The notes: generated by a model not told the origin, from the sequence alone. A stretch of 64,000 nucleotides of DNA from Thermoleophilia bacterium (GCA_040770645.1 JAXGIS010000003.1:1278-65277), one strand, 5' to 3'; shown: positions 49,349-60,898, numbered from the stretch's first letter. Made by a program: numbers and translations.

Positions 49349-49423
49349 GTCAGGCGTGGTATCATGATTTGCTCGTGAGATTCATCTGCTCCTGCTCTGG
49401 AGCTTGTTTCGTGTGGAGGAGAC

Positions 49424-49636
49424 GTGAAGGAAGCCATTCACCCCGACTACCAGGAAGCGCGTGTCATCTGCTCATGTGGAAATGAGTTCCTGACCCGTTC
49501 CACCAAACCCGAGATTCGTATCGAGATCTGCTCGGAATGTCATCCGTTCTACACCGGCAAGCAGAAACTCGTTGACACTGGGGGTCGCGTGGAGAAGTTC
49601 AATAGGAAGTACCGCAGGGCTGCGGCGACCAAGTAG
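49424..49636 (+). CDS. rpmE: 50S ribosomal protein L31 (type A, Zn-binding)
   Basis: Intact 70 aa with a GTG start, beginning MKEAIHPDY, with cysteines CSCG...[12 protein letters not shown]. Confidence 0.93.
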   Translation: MKEAIHPDYQEARVICSCGNEFLTRSTKPEIRIEICSECHPFYTGKQKLVDTGGRVEKFNRKYRRAAATK

Positions 49637-49674
49637 CCCGCGTCTTCGAGCGCTCTTCACGCTCCCGGCCGCGC

Positions 49675-50685
49675 GTGATCGGCGGGATCGGTAACGTCAT
49701 GACAGACACAGAGCATTCATTGCCTGTCGACGCCCTGGTTTGTGCTTCAGAGCAGCATTACTACGGTGGTCAGGCCGTCATTGAAGGTGTGATGATGCGT
49801 GGGCGCCGTTTCTGGGGCTTGGCCGTACGGCAGCCCGATGGCGGCATCGTGCGTCGGTCGTACGAACTGTCTGACCCGGGCGCGCGCTTCCCCATCTTGA
49901 AGTGGCCCATGATTCGCGGTGTCCTGGCTCTCTGGGACTCCATGAGCCTCGGTATCCGTGCACTCAACATATCGGCCAACTTGAGCCTCGAGGGCACGGG
50001 CACGGAGGAGGAGCCCGCCCCCCAACTGGGAGCGCGGGAGATGGCGGTCACGGTAACCATTGCCCTGTTGATAGGCGTGGGGTTGTTTGTCGTGATCCCA
50101 CTTCTGGTGGCGCGTTGGTTTGGGCCTGCGCTGTCCAACGCCATCCTTTTCAACCTCGTGGAGGGTATCGTTCGGATCGCTATCTTCCTGGCTTATATTG
50201 TCGGAGTCTCGCTGCTCCCTGACCTGCGCCGGGTTTTCGAATACCACGGCGCGGAGCACAAGGTTATCAACGCTTACGAGGCGGGACGGCCGCTTGAGCC
50301 TCAATCGGTCAAGGCCTTCTCGACGCTGCACCCCCGCTGCGGCACCGCCTTTCTGCTTGTGGTGATGGTGCTGGCCATTCTGGTCCTGGCCCTGGTGGGG
50401 AAGCCGCCCCTGGTGTGGCTCATCGTGTCGCGCATTGTGGGGATACCAGTTGTGGCCGGGCTGGCGTACGAGGTGATTCGCTTCGCAGGCAGACATCGGG
50501 ACGGCATAGTGGCCCGGGTCCTCTTGGGGCCGGGGTTGGGATTGCAGAAGCTCACCACACGGCAGCCGAGCGACGCTCAGGTGGAGGTGGCCGCGGCGGC
50601 TTTGCAGGAAGTGCTGCGTCTGGAGGCCGGCGGCGAGCCCGCAAGTGATCCGGCCGGGACAGTAGTGATGGAGCAGGCGACGTGA
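49675..50685 (+). CDS. DUF1385-family membrane protein (YqhQ-like)
   Basis: It has GGQAVIEGVMMRG, YHGAEHKVINAYE, HPRCGTAF and LQKLTTRQPSDAQVEVAAAAL. Its position upstream of prfA is conserved. ATG 49699 is an alternative start. Confidence 0.8.
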   Translation: MIGGIGNVMTDTEHSLPVDALVCASEQHYYGGQAVIEGVMMRGRRFWGLAVRQPDGGIVRRSYELSDPGARFPILKWPMIRGVLALWDSMSLGIRALNISANLSLEGTGTEEEPAPQLGAREMAVTVTIALLIGVGLFVVIPLLVARWFGPALSNAILFNLVEGIVRIAIFLAYIVGVSLLPDLRRVFEYHGAEHKVINAYEAGRPLEPQSVKAFSTLHPRCGTAFLLVVMVLAILVLALVGKPPLVWLIVSRIVGIPVVAGLAYEVIRFAGRHRDGIVARVLLGPGLGLQKLTTRQPSDAQVEVAAAALQEVLRLEAGGEPASDPAGTVVMEQAT

Positions 50686-51767
50686 TCGAAAGATTAGTGG
50701 ATGAGATCATCGAGCGTTACGAGGCGCTGAGCGGGCAGTTGGCGGATCCGGCCATCTTCGCGGAGCCCGGCCGTTTTGCCGAAGTCTCCAAAGCCCACGC
50801 CGATTTGCAGGAAGCCTACGATTTGGCGCGGGAGTTCGCCGCCGCCCAGGCGGCGTTGGTCGACGCGGAGACTCTGATGGCTGAGGGTGGCCTCGACGCC
50901 GAAATGAAGGAATACCTGTCAGACGAGAAGGCGGCGGCGCGGGAGACCATGGCGCGTCTGGAGGACGCCATACGCGTGGCCACGCTCGAGAAGGACCCCC
51001 AGGACGAGAAAGACATCATTGTGGAGATCCGTGCCGGCGCCGGAGGCGACGAAGCGGCCCTCTTCGCTGCGGAGTTGTACCGTATGCTCACCAGGTACGC
51101 TGAACGACTGCGTTTCAGGCACCAGGTGCTGTCTACCAGTGAATCTCCCCTGGGTGGAGTGAAAGAACTGGTGTTCGAGATCAAGGGCCGGGGTGCGTTC
51201 GGCATCTTCAAGTATGAGTCGGGCGTGCACCGCGTGCAGCGCGTTCCCGTTACCGAATCCACCGGGCGCATCCACACATCCACGGTAACGGTGGCGGTGC
51301 TGCCCGAGGCCGAAGAGGTGGATGTGGTGATTGACCCCAATGAGGTGCGCGTGGACGTTTATCGCTCCACCGGCCCAGGGGGCCAGTCGGTGAACACCAC
51401 CGATTCGGCGGTTCGCATCACCCACATCCCCACCGGGTTGGTGGTGTCATGCCAAGATGAGAAATCCCAGCTGCAAAACAAGGAGCGTGCCTTCCGTATC
51501 TTGCGCGCACGGTTGCTCGACATGGCTCAGGCGCAGCAGAATGCTCAAATGGCCGCCGAGCGGCGTAGCCAAGTGGGCACCGGGGATAGAGCACAGAAGG
51601 TTCGCACCTACAACTTCCCCCAGGGTCGGGTCACCGACCATCGCGTGGGACTGACTTCCCACCGCCTCGACTCGATTCTGATGGGTGAGTTGGAGGAGTT
51701 CACGGAGGCGCTGGCCGCCGCCGAACGGGCGGAGAAGCTCGGTCATCTCGCGGAGGTGGGCGTCTAA
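50682..51767 (+). CDS. prfA: peptide chain release factor 1
   Basis: Intact 361 aa with the GGQ motif GPGGQSVNTTDSAVRITH and the RF1-type PVT tripeptide (RVPVTES). Confidence 0.95.
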   Translation: MIERLVDEIIERYEALSGQLADPAIFAEPGRFAEVSKAHADLQEAYDLAREFAAAQAALVDAETLMAEGGLDAEMKEYLSDEKAAARETMARLEDAIRVATLEKDPQDEKDIIVEIRAGAGGDEAALFAAELYRMLTRYAERLRFRHQVLSTSESPLGGVKELVFEIKGRGAFGIFKYESGVHRVQRVPVTESTGRIHTSTVTVAVLPEAEEVDVVIDPNEVRVDVYRSTGPGGQSVNTTDSAVRITHIPTGLVVSCQDEKSQLQNKERAFRILRARLLDMAQAQQNAQMAAERRSQVGTGDRAQKVRTYNFPQGRVTDHRVGLTSHRLDSILMGELEEFTEALAAAERAEKLGHLAEVGV

Positions 51768-51772
51768 CCGGA

Positions 51773-52725
51773 GTGGTGTCGGTGGCACTCCCTTGGACGG
51801 TCTCGTCGCTTCTCGCCACCACGGTGTCGTACCTGGCTGATCGCGGGAGCCCATCCGCGCGGCTTGACGCCGAACTGCTTCTTGCGGCGGCACTACAGGT
51901 GGACCGTGTTGACCTCTACCTGCAGCACGACAGGCCCATCACTCCCCTCGAGCTGGGCTCGTTCCGGGATTTGGTTCGACGCAGGGCGCGGCGTGAGCCG
52001 GTGGCCTACATTCTCGGCCGTGCTTACTTCCGCTATCTCACTCTTGCTGTGACACCCGCCGTGCTCATTCCCCGCCCCGAGACCGAGGAGCTGGTGGACG
52101 TTGTGCTGGAATGGCTGTCACAGCACCCCGCCGAAATGTGGCAAGCCGCGATGGTGGAGGAAAGCGCCGACCGGCCGGAGGTGGACGGTGCCGCTACTTC
52201 GTGGCGAATGCCGTCCATCTGTGATGTGGGGACAGGATCGGGAGCCATTGCCTTGAGCCTCGCTTGTGAACAAGGTCTGAGGGTGCTGGCTGTGGACTCC
52301 AGCGAAGAGGCGCTGGCCGTCGCGGCTCAGAACGCTGAGCGATTAGGGTTGTCGGAGCAGGTGGAGTTCAGGCGCGGTGACTTACTGGGAGGCGTCCCGC
52401 CTCGATCGATGGGTTTGGTGGTATCGAATCCTCCGTATGTGAGTGACGGGGAGTGGCTGGACTTGAGCCCGGATGTCCGCAACCACGAGCCACCCGGTGC
52501 GCTGCGGGGGTGCGGATGGAATGGATGTGTACCGACGGCTGGTCCCACAAGCGGTTAAGACGCTGATGCCGGGAGGACGCCTGTTTGTGGAGGTTGGGGC
52601 GGGGCAGGCTCCCCTGGTGGCGCAACTGGCCGCCGAGTCGGGCTTCTGTAGCATCCAGGTCCAGCGTGATCTCGCCGGCAAGGAGCGCTTCGTGTCTGGC
52701 GCAGTGCCCGGTGCACCGATACTGA
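51773..52725 (+). CDS. prmC: release-factor glutamine N5-methyltransferase PrmC, one frameshift as assembled, 3' end uncertain
   Basis: It has the SAM motif DVGTGSGAIAL and the catalytic NPPYV. After HEPPGAL the frame changes in the G-run 52506-10, and the sequence continues GADGMDVYRRLVPQAVKTLMPGGRLFVEVG...RDLAGKERFV in ORF 52473. No in-frame stop occurs before the TsaC domain. Confidence 0.8.
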
Positions 52726-52790
52726 GCATCGCTCAGGTGCTGGCAGCGGCGGACGGAGAGAGCCGGGCCCGTGCGGGTGACCGCACCAGC

Positions 52791-53468
52791 ATGACCGGCC
52801 AAGATGAGTGCGAAGGTGGGGGGTCGCCGGGAGAGAGGGAGGGCGGCCTTCTCGAGGCCCTGCGCAGGGCGCTCGCGGCCGGTGGCCTTATAGGTATCCC
52901 CACCGATACTGTCTACGGTCTTGCTGCGGCGTGGGGCAGCGGGAAGGGACAGCGGGCGCTGCGGGAGGCCAAAGGTAGGGATACAGAGAAACCTTTTCAG
53001 GTGCTGTTTTCATCGGTGGAGGCGGTTCGCGAGGCTCTACCCCACATGGGCGTTCGCTCGCTTCTGGTTCTGGAAGGTCTACTGCCCGGTCCGTACACGT
53101 TCGTGGTGAGCATATCTGCGTCTCGGCCGGAGGCTCCGGGGGGCACAGAGGATTCGCTGGGCATACGCGTGCCGGGACATCCGGAGTTACTGGAATTGCT
53201 GGCGGCCCTGCGTGTTCCGCTGGCGGCGACCAGCGCCAACCTTAGCGGGGAATCCGCTGCGCTGGACCATCGCGGGGTGCCTGGAGAAGTGGCGGGGGGG
53301 GCGGGGCGGGGTGCTACTCACCGCACAGGGCGCCCCCACCGCCTGGGGGGACTGCCTCCACGGTGGTGGACCTCCGTCCGTTGGACGAAGGTAGGGAACC
53401 CGTGGTGTTGCGGGAAGGCGCAGTGGGCACTTCCGAGGTGATGGAGCGTATACGCGTTCTGCTATCCT
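52791..53468 (+). CDS. tsaC: L-threonylcarbamoyladenylate synthase, short TsaC/YrdC type, about 2 frameshifts near the 3' end as assembled
   Basis: It has LIGIPTDTVYGLAA, REAKGRDTEKPF and RVPLAATSANLSGES. The C-terminus GGTASTVVDLRPLDEGREPVVLREGAVGTSEVMERIRVLLS* lies in a different frame after the G/C runs 53290-53350. The start ATG 52791 is tentative. Confidence 0.75.
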
Positions 53469-53508
53469 AGCGAGACGCTCGCGACGATAGGCTGGAGGGG
53501 ACATCGGC

Positions 53509-53949
53509 ATGCTCTATGCTGTTGCTTGTGATCACGCCGGACTTCCGTTGAAAGCGGTGCTGATTGAAGAACTTCTGTCCCACGGCCATCGGGTCGAGGA
53601 TCTCGGCACCAGCACTGCGGAGTCGGTGGACTATCCGCCGTACGCCATCGAGGTTGCTCGGAAGGTGGAGGCCGGCGCCGCGGACAGGGGACTGCTGATT
53701 TGTGGCACCGGCTTGGGTATGGCGCTCGCGGCCAACAAGGCGGCGGCGGTCCGCGCTGTGGCTGTGAGCGAGTGCTTCTCGGCCCGCATGGCCCGGGAAC
53801 ACAATGACGCCAATATCTTGTGCCTCGGGGCTCGGGTTGTCGGCGCCGGCTTGGCTGTTGAAATCCTGCGTACGTGGCTCTCCGCCGAGTTCCAGGGAGG
53901 GCGCCACGCGCAACGTGTCCAGATGATCATGAAAGCAGGCAAACCATGA
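53509..53949 (+). CDS. rpiB: ribose-5-phosphate isomerase B
   Basis: Intact 146 aa of the RpiB/LacAB family, containing [15 protein letters not shown]. Confidence 0.9.
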   Translation: MLYAVACDHAGLPLKAVLIEELLSHGHRVEDLGTSTAESVDYPPYAIEVARKVEAGAADRGLLICGTGLGMALAANKAAAVRAVAVSECFSARMAREHNDANILCLGARVVGAGLAVEILRTWLSAEFQGGRHAQRVQMIMKAGKP

Positions 53950-55211
53950 CAGACTCATACGCGGACGCGCCGCTTTCTGCGGTGGATCCTGAGATCGATT
54001 CGCTCATCCAGGCCGAGATTGGGCGTCAACAGGAGAATATCGAGCTCATTGCGTCCGAGAACTTCGTGCCCATCGCCATCCTGCAGGCTGCGGGGAGTGT
54101 CCTCACGAACAAATACGCAGAAGGCTACCCCGGCGCACGATACTACGGAGGATGTCAGTTCATTGACGGGGTCGAACGTCTCGCCATCGCCAGAGCCAAG
54201 GCTCTCTTTGGCGCCGCTCATGCCAACGTCCAGCCGCACTCTGGTTCACAGGCCAATGCCGCCGTCTATTATGCTGCGCTTGAGCCGGGGGATACCGTCC
54301 TCGCCATGCGCCTGGACCACGGAGGGCACCTGACGCATGGTCTGAAAGTCAACTTCTCGGGCCGCAACTACCGCTTCTGCCACTACGGGGTCTCGGAAGA
54401 GAGCGGTTGTATCGATCACGAGGCAGTCCTCGCCGCGGCCAAAGCGTGCCGGCCCAAGCTCATTGTGGCGGGTGCAAGCGCCTATCCGCGCACCATTGAT
54501 TTCCCTGCCTTCCGAGCTATCGCCGACGAAGTGGGGGCCACCCTCATGGTGGACATGGCGCATATCGCCGGGTTGATAGCGGCGGAAGAACACCCCTCGC
54601 CGTTTCCTCACGCGCAATGGGTCACCACCACCACGCACAAGACACTGGCCGGCCCGCGTGGGGGCGCTGTGTTCTGTACCGACGAACACGCTGCCAAGCT
54701 TGATCGAGCCATTTTCCCGGGCACGCAGGGCGGCCCACTTGAGCACATCATCGCTGCCAAGGCCGTGTGTTTTCATTTGGCCTCGCTCCCGGAATTCAAG
54801 GCCAAGCAGCGCCGCACGGTGGAGAATGCCAAGGTTCTGGCGGAGGAACTGATGGGGCATGGTCTGAGGCTGGTTTCGGGTGGGACGGACAACCACCTCA
54901 TGCTCCTGGACTTCCGGGACATGGACATCACCGGGCTGGAAGCACAAGAGCTACTCGATCAGGCCGGTATCACCACGAACAAGAACGCTGTTCCCGGCGA
55001 CAAGCGTCCGCCCACCGTTACCTCGGGGTTGCGCGTGGGATCACCGGCCATGACCACGCGCGGGTTTGGTCCCCAGGAGATGAAGGCGGTGGCGCGCATC
55101 ATCGCGGAAGTGGTCACCACGCGGCCCGGATCCGTTCGCTTAGCCGAGTTGAAGGAGCAATCACTGGCGATGACGGCTGCGTTCCCCCTTTATCGCGGCT
55201 TGGTCCATTAG
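53946..55211 (+). CDS. glyA: serine hydroxymethyltransferase
   Basis: ATG 53946 overlaps the rpiB stop. It has LIASENFV and the PLP-lysine motif [13 protein letters not shown]. Confidence 0.95.
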   Translation: MTDSYADAPLSAVDPEIDSLIQAEIGRQQENIELIASENFVPIAILQAAGSVLTNKYAEGYPGARYYGGCQFIDGVERLAIARAKALFGAAHANVQPHSGSQANAAVYYAALEPGDTVLAMRLDHGGHLTHGLKVNFSGRNYRFCHYGVSEESGCIDHEAVLAAAKACRPKLIVAGASAYPRTIDFPAFRAIADEVGATLMVDMAHIAGLIAAEEHPSPFPHAQWVTTTTHKTLAGPRGGAVFCTDEHAAKLDRAIFPGTQGGPLEHIIAAKAVCFHLASLPEFKAKQRRTVENAKVLAEELMGHGLRLVSGGTDNHLMLLDFRDMDITGLEAQELLDQAGITTNKNAVPGDKRPPTVTSGLRVGSPAMTTRGFGPQEMKAVARIIAEVVTTRPGSVRLAELKEQSLAMTAAFPLYRGLVH

Positions 55212-55232
55212 CGGCGCCGAGGTGCGCAGGGT

Positions 55233-55676
55233 ATGAGCCGTCCCAGTTGGGAAGAGTACTTCATGGAGATCGCCCGGGTGGTGGCTACGCGGGCGACCTG
55301 TCTCAGGCGGCATGTGGGCGCGGTTCTGGTGAAGAATCGGCAGATCTTGGCCACTGGGTACAACGGGGCGCCACGCGGTGTTCCCCATTGTCTGGATATC
55401 GGTTGTCTCCGTGACCGGCTGGGCATACCGTCTGGGGAGCGCCACGAGTTGTGCCGGGGCCTGCACGCTGAGCAGAACGCCATCATTCAAGCCGCGTATC
55501 ACGGCGTGCGAATCCGCGGGGCTGAGATGTACTGCACGCACCAACCCTGCGTGCTTTGCGCGAAGATGATAGTCAACGCCGGCATTGAGGCCCTGTACTA
55601 TGCGGGGGACTATCCCGACGAGCTCTCTCTTCAGGTATTCGAAGAGGCCGGGACGCGGCTCGTGCGTCTTCTGTAG
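55233..55676 (+). CDS. deoxycytidylate (dCMP) deaminase, ComEB-like
   Basis: Intact 147 aa with the zinc motifs HAEQNAI and PCVLCAKMI. Confidence 0.85.
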   Translation: MSRPSWEEYFMEIARVVATRATCLRRHVGAVLVKNRQILATGYNGAPRGVPHCLDIGCLRDRLGIPSGERHELCRGLHAEQNAIIQAAYHGVRIRGAEMYCTHQPCVLCAKMIVNAGIEALYYAGDYPDELSLQVFEEAGTRLVRLL

Positions 55677-55738
55677 TTCACCGGACGGCCAACCAGGGTT
55701 GCGTTCGCTGTACCGCCTGATGTGGCCCAAAACCGTCC

Positions 55739-55768
55739 TTGCGGTCGTGATTGACGCTGTTCTATAAT
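55739..55768 (+). promoter_or_regulatory. candidate promoter of the atp operon
   Basis: TTGCGG (55739-44), an 18-nt spacer and TATAAT (55763-68), about 165 nt upstream of the atpI-like ORF. Confidence 0.4.
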
Positions 55769-55934
55769 ACCGGCGGCCCAAGGTGGATGAGGTTGGGAGC
55801 TGGATATCCCAGGTCTGGGCTCCGGCTCGTTTGCTTAGGATCTGGTTTTCACCGAACGGGGCCAAGATTAAGCCGGCCGGGAAGAGGGTTGGTGTGTTGT
55901 CACAGGTTGTGCGGATGAAGAGTGGGCCGGCTCG

Positions 55935-56246
55935 GTGATAGTGGCAGTATCGGTGTTGGTGGGCTTGGGACTGGCGGTTGCCTATGAGATTGCATGGTTC
56001 CGCACACAAGCATGGTTGATGGCGCATTGGCGCAGGGTGGGCCTCCTGTTGTCTGTGGGGGGGTTTGTGGTGCGGTTGGTAGTCCTGGGTCTGGTGTTTT
56101 GGGCGCTGTGGGCGTGGACGCCGTTGAACCTGCTGGTCACGGCCATTGCGTTTGCAGGCGGTTTTACGGTGCTGAGCGTGTTCTTCCTGTATCGGTTAAC
56201 GAAGGGTAGGCGTGCCTCAGGGTCTTCGACTCAAGTGCTTCCGTAG
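55935..56246 (+). CDS. atpI: small hydrophobic protein at the AtpI position (ATP synthase protein I-like)
   Basis: 103 aa with a GTG start and about 3 hydrophobic segments, immediately upstream of atpB. The call rests on position and hydropathy only. Confidence 0.5.
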   Translation: MIVAVSVLVGLGLAVAYEIAWFRTQAWLMAHWRRVGLLLSVGGFVVRLVVLGLVFWALWAWTPLNLLVTAIAFAGGFTVLSVFFLYRLTKGRRASGSSTQVLP

Positions 56247-56258
56247 AAGGAGTTCCTA

Positions 56259-57049
56259 GTGTCAGCAGAAGCCGAAGCGAATAAGGTAGCGGAAGCTCTA
56301 CACGAACTGAACGTTCAGACTATCGTTCAGATTCCAAAGCTGGGACCGTTCGATTTCTCCATCACTAATGCTGTCATCTATATGTGGATTTCGGCTCTGC
56401 TTGTTTTCCTGTTTTATTACATAGTGGCCAAGAAGCTGAAAAAGAACCAGGTGCCCTGCAGACTGTTGGTGAGTCCCTTCTCAACTTCTCCACCGGCCAC
56501 CTCACCGGACAGTTTGGGGAGAAGGGCAAGAAATACTATTACATCATCCTTACCATATTCAGTTACATCTTCACCATGAACATCATAGGGCTCATTCCCA
56601 AACCTGAGATTCTGAAGCCCTACACGCCTACTGCCAACATCAACGTGACGTTCGGCATGGCGTTCGTTGTATTTCTGATCACCCAATTCCAGGGATTCAA
56701 GCGACACGGTCTCGGCTACATCCGGTCCTGGCTCACGCCCCCGGGTGTACCTACGGCGCTCGCCATCCCTTTGCACTTCATCTTCTTCGTCGTTCACCTG
56801 ATGGGCGAGTTCTTCAAGCCGCTGTCGCTGGCAATCCGACTTTTCGGCAATACCATCGCCGGCCATCTCGTCATCCTGGTGATGTTGGGCCTTGTGCTGC
56901 AGTACCAGAACCTCCTCATCGCGGTACCGCCGCTGGCCTTCGTCATCATCATGACCGGATTTGAGATCTTTGTGGCCTTCCTTCAGGCCTACATCTTCGC
57001 GCTCCTCTCGGTGATCTACATAGAGTCCGCAATCTACGCCGGCCACTAA
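56259..57049 (+). CDS. atpB: F0F1 ATP synthase subunit a, one frameshift as assembled
   Basis: The N-terminal part runs to KKLKK (ORF 56259). It continues PGALQTVGESLLNF...LAIRLFGNTIAGH (conserved Arg) in ORF 56384-57049. The shift is in the A-run at 56439-43. Confidence 0.88.
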
Positions 57050-57313
<264 letters not shown>

Positions 57314-57328
57314 GGTTCTGACATCAAG

Positions 57329-57355
57329 CTCCGGAGGGCGGACGGCCCTCCGGAG
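57329..57355 (+). promoter_or_regulatory. perfect 11-bp stem-loop between atpE and atpF
   Basis: CTCCGGAGGGC (57329-39) pairs with GCCCTCCGGAG (57345-55) around a 5-nt loop. No T-tract follows. A role in differential c-subunit expression or mRNA stability is inferred. Confidence 0.45.
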
Positions 57356-57384
57356 CGCACGACTGAGGAGCGCGAGAGTTCAGC

Positions 57385-57891
57385 ATGAGCATCTTCGAGG
57401 TATCACCCGGACTATTCCTGTGGTCCGCCCTCACCTTCATTATTCTCATCCTGCTGCTGTGGAAGGTGGCTTATAAGCCGCTGATGGCCATGCAGAAGAA
57501 ACGGCAGGCCGAGATCCACGACGCCATCGAAGGCGCCGAACGGGTGAAGGAAGAGGCCCGTATGCTGCTGGTTGAGTACAAGCAGCAGCTGGCAGACGCT
57601 CGGGTCGAGGCAGAGGAGATCTTGGAACGGGCCAGGCGCGTTGGCGAATCGACCAAAGCGGAGTTGGTCAACGAGGCCAAGGCCCAGGCGGATCGCACTC
57701 TCGAGAAGGCTCGGGAGCAGATCGAGCGCGAAACTCGCCAGGCACTGGCCGACATCAAGTTGCAGGTGGCCGATCTGGCTTTGGCAGCAGCAGAGAAGGC
57801 AACCAGCCGCAGTCTCACGGCCGAGGAAGACGTAAGGCTCATCCGTGAGGCCCTGGCTGAAGTTGAGCTGATGCGGCCCAATAGTAACTGA
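57385..57891 (+). CDS. atpF: F0F1 ATP synthase subunit b
   Basis: 168 aa with a single N-terminal TM segment and a long charged helix. Confidence 0.9.
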   Translation: MSIFEVSPGLFLWSALTFIILILLLWKVAYKPLMAMQKKRQAEIHDAIEGAERVKEEARMLLVEYKQQLADARVEAEEILERARRVGESTKAELVNEAKAQADRTLEKAREQIERETRQALADIKLQVADLALAAAEKATSRSLTAEEDVRLIREALAEVELMRPNSN

Positions 57892-57904
57892 GGAAGAGGC
57901 GCAG

Positions 57905-58477
57905 GTGAGCGAGGGTAAAGTCGCGAGAGTCTACGCAGACGCCCTTTTCCGTGCAGCGGAAGAGGAAGGCAGAATAGAGGCTGTCAGGCGGGATCTGCGC
58001 TCGTTTGTTGAAGCGTGCCGTGGTTCCCGGGAACTGCGTGATGCGTTCTCCAACCAGGACGTGGCCGGCGAGACTCGGAAGCGCCTGGTGATGGAGTTGA
58101 CCGAAGGGGGCGACCCTCTGGTCCGCAACCTCCTGCGCCTTCTCATTGACAAGGGGCGAGAGGAGATACTCGAGGACTTGGGTCATGCCTTCGGTGAAAT
58201 GGTTGAGGCTGCGGCGAATGTGGTAACGGTAACGCTCACTACGGCGCGGCCCCTTCCCGACGGGCTCATGGCCGAAGTCAAGGCATCGCTCGAGTCCTCG
58301 CTGCAGAAGACCGTGGAGCTCGAGCATACGGTGGATGAGGCAATCGTCGGCGGAGCCAAGCTCCGCATCGGTGACAGAATCGCGGACGCGAGTATCCGGC
58401 ACAGGCTGGATCAGCTACGCGCCCGCCTGACAAGCCCAACGGCAAGGTTGGAGGGTTCAGTTGAAGCTGCGTCCTGA
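57905..58477 (+). CDS. atpH: F0F1 ATP synthase subunit delta (OSCP)
   Basis: 190 aa with a GTG start, at the expected operon position, beginning ARVYADALF. Confidence 0.88.
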   Translation: MSEGKVARVYADALFRAAEEEGRIEAVRRDLRSFVEACRGSRELRDAFSNQDVAGETRKRLVMELTEGGDPLVRNLLRLLIDKGREEILEDLGHAFGEMVEAAANVVTVTLTTARPLPDGLMAEVKASLESSLQKTVELEHTVDEAIVGGAKLRIGDRIADASIRHRLDQLRARLTSPTARLEGSVEAAS

Positions 58478-59997
58478 GGAGATTACCGCTGTCCTCAAGT
58501 CCCAGATCCGTGACTATGAGGCCGAGGTGGATGTCCAGGAGGTAGGCACGGTGCTGCAGTGGGCGACGGCATCGCCCGTATTCACGGGCTTGAGAATGCC
58601 GTTGCCTCGGAGATGCTCGAGCTTCCCCACGGGGTTATGGGGCTGGTCCTCAACCTCGAGGAAGATAACGTGGGCGCCGTGCTCCTGGGCGAGGATACCC
58701 TGATCAAAGAGGGTGACCTGGTCAAGCGCACCGGCCGGATCCTGCAGGTGCCGGTGGGCGACGCCATGGTGGGGCGGGTCGTGGACCCGCTGGGGAACCC
58801 GCTGGATGACAAGGGCCCTATCGAGGCCAGTGATTACCGTCCGGTGGAATCTGGCAAGGCTCCGGGAGTTATCCGTCGGCAGCCGGTCAAGGAACTCCTC
58901 TGCAGACCGGCATCAAAGCCGTTGACTCGCTCATCCCCATCGGCCGAGGTCAGCGCGAGCTGATCATCGGTGACCGCGGGACCGGCAAGACGGCCATCGC
59001 GGTGGACACGATCATCAATCAGAAGGGGCAAGACATCATCTGCATCTACGTGGCGATCGGTCAGAAGGCCTCCACGGTGGCGCAGATCGTGAATCGCTTG
59101 GACCAGTACGGGGCTATGGACTACACGATTGTTGTGATGGCGTCCGCCTCGGCGTCTGCCCCACTGCGGTACATCGCGCCTTACGCGGGTGCGGCCATGG
59201 GCGAGTACTTCACCTACCAGGGTAAGCACGCTCTATGCATCTACGATGACTTGACCAAGCACGCTGACGCCTATCGGCAGATGTCGCTGCTGCTCCGTCG
59301 TCCCCCGGGCCGCGAGGCTTTCCCCGGAGACGTCTTTTACCTCCACAGCCGTCTGTTGGAGCGCGCATGCAAGCTCCGCGACGACTTGGGTGGCGGGTCG
59401 CTGACGGCGTTGCCTGTTATCGAGACGAAGGCCGGTGACCTGTCGGCCTACATTCCGACCAACGTCATCTCCATTACCGATGGGCAGATGTTCCTGGAAT
59501 CAAACCTCTTCTTCTCCGGAGTACGCCCGGCCATCAACGTCGGCATCTCGGTATCCCGCGTGGGCGGCAAGGCGCAGATCTCGGCCATGAAGAAAGTGGC
59601 GGGCTCACTGCGTCTGGACCTCTCCCAGTACCGTGAGCTGGAGGCGTTTGCGAAGTTCGGATCGGAACTGGACCCGGAGACCATGAAGACGCTGTCTCGT
59701 GGCGAACGGCTCGTAGCAGTGCTCAATCAACCGCAGTACAGGCCTTGGCCGGTGGCGGATCAGGTACAGGTGCTGTTTGCTGCCACCCAGGGCTATCTCG
59801 ATGATGTGGAAGTGGCTCAAGTGTCGGAGTTCAACCAGAGCCTGCTCGATTTCCTGAAAGCGCAGCATCCCTCCATCGGGGAGAGCATCGCGGAGACCAG
59901 CGATCTCACCGATGCGGTGGCCGAGCAACTGCACGAAGCCATCCGGGCCTTCAAGGCGGATTACGTCAGCAGCGGCGCGACTCTGGTCGAGGCGTAG
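58461..59997 (+). CDS. atpA: F0F1 ATP synthase subunit alpha, two frameshifts as assembled
   Basis: The TTG start gives [16 protein letters not shown]...GTVLQ. Next, [13 protein letters not shown]...RQPVKE lies in ORF 58559. Then [35 protein letters not shown] (Walker A) joins ORF 59002-59997. The shifts are at about 58558-63 and about 58893-900. Confidence 0.9.
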
Positions 59998-60010
59998 GGG
60001 GCGGGCGACC

Positions 60011-60898
60011 ATGGCTAGCCAGAAAGACCTCAGGCGGCGCATCTCCTCGGTGGAGAACACGAGGAAGATCACCAAAGCCATGGAGATGGTGGCTGCGGCA
60101 CGCTTGCGCCGTTCCCAGCAGCGCATAGAGTCGGCACGACCATACGCGTATTGGATGATGGAGTTCATCGCCGGTCTTGTACGTTACGCTCCAGCCGCCC
60201 CTACGGGGATCCCGCTTCTGGATGTGCGTGCGAACACGGAGCGCGTGGCTCTGGTAGCGGTGACCGCCGACCGTGGGTTGTGTGGAGCCTTCAATGCCAA
60301 CGTCGTGCGGCGTACGTTGGACCTCAAGCGCACGTACGAGGCCCAGGGCGTAGGAGTTGACCTGCACGTAGTCGGTAAGAAGGGCGTCTCCACCCTACGT
60401 TTCCAGGGGCACACCCTGGCGGGGGCGTATACCGGTATCACCGATCGTCCTCGCTATCTGAATGCCCAGACGATGGCCGATGTGCTGATTCGGGCATACT
60501 CTTCTCAAGAGGTTGACGCGGTTCATCTGGTCTACAACCGCTTCAAAACGGCCATGGAGCAGAACCTCACCGACGAAGTGATTCTCCCCATCCAGGAGGA
60601 AGTGGTTACGAAATACGCTTCCGAGGTGGTGGCTCCGCACATGGAGTTCATCTTCGAGCCGGGGCCGGGCAAGATCTTGCGCGATCTCCTTCCCACTTAT
60701 GTGGAAATGGCGATCTTCCGGGCACTCCTCGAGAGCTCGGCCAGCGAACACGGAGCGCGTATGACCGCAATGCGCAACGCGTCCGAGTCCGCTATCGACA
60801 TGATCAGCAGTCTGAACCTGGCCATGAACCGGGCTCGGCAGGCTTCCATTACTCAGGAAATCTTGGAAGTGGTGGCCGGAGCCGACGCCCTGGCCTGA
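60011..60898 (+). CDS. atpG: F0F1 ATP synthase subunit gamma
   Basis: ATG 60011 gives MASQKDLRRRISSVENTRKITKAMEMVAAARLRR. The C-terminus is ITQEILEVVAGADAL. Confidence 0.93.
   Translation: MASQKDLRRRISSVENTRKITKAMEMVAAARLRRSQQRIESARPYAYWMMEFIAGLVRYAPAAPTGIPLLDVRANTERVALVAVTADRGLCGAFNANVVRRTLDLKRTYEAQGVGVDLHVVGKKGVSTLRFQGHTLAGAYTGITDRPRYLNAQTMADVLIRAYSSQEVDAVHLVYNRFKTAMEQNLTDEVILPIQEEVVTKYASEVVAPHMEFIFEPGPGKILRDLLPTYVEMAIFRALLESSASEHGARMTAMRNASESAIDMISSLNLAMNRARQASITQEILEVVAGADALA

Noticed and set aside
55751-55768. TTGACG immediately upstream of TATAAT as a promoter -35/-10 pair
   Set aside because: Only 6 nt separate the two hexamers, far from the 16-18 nt required. TTGCGG at 55739-44 with an 18-nt spacer is the usable -35 candidate.
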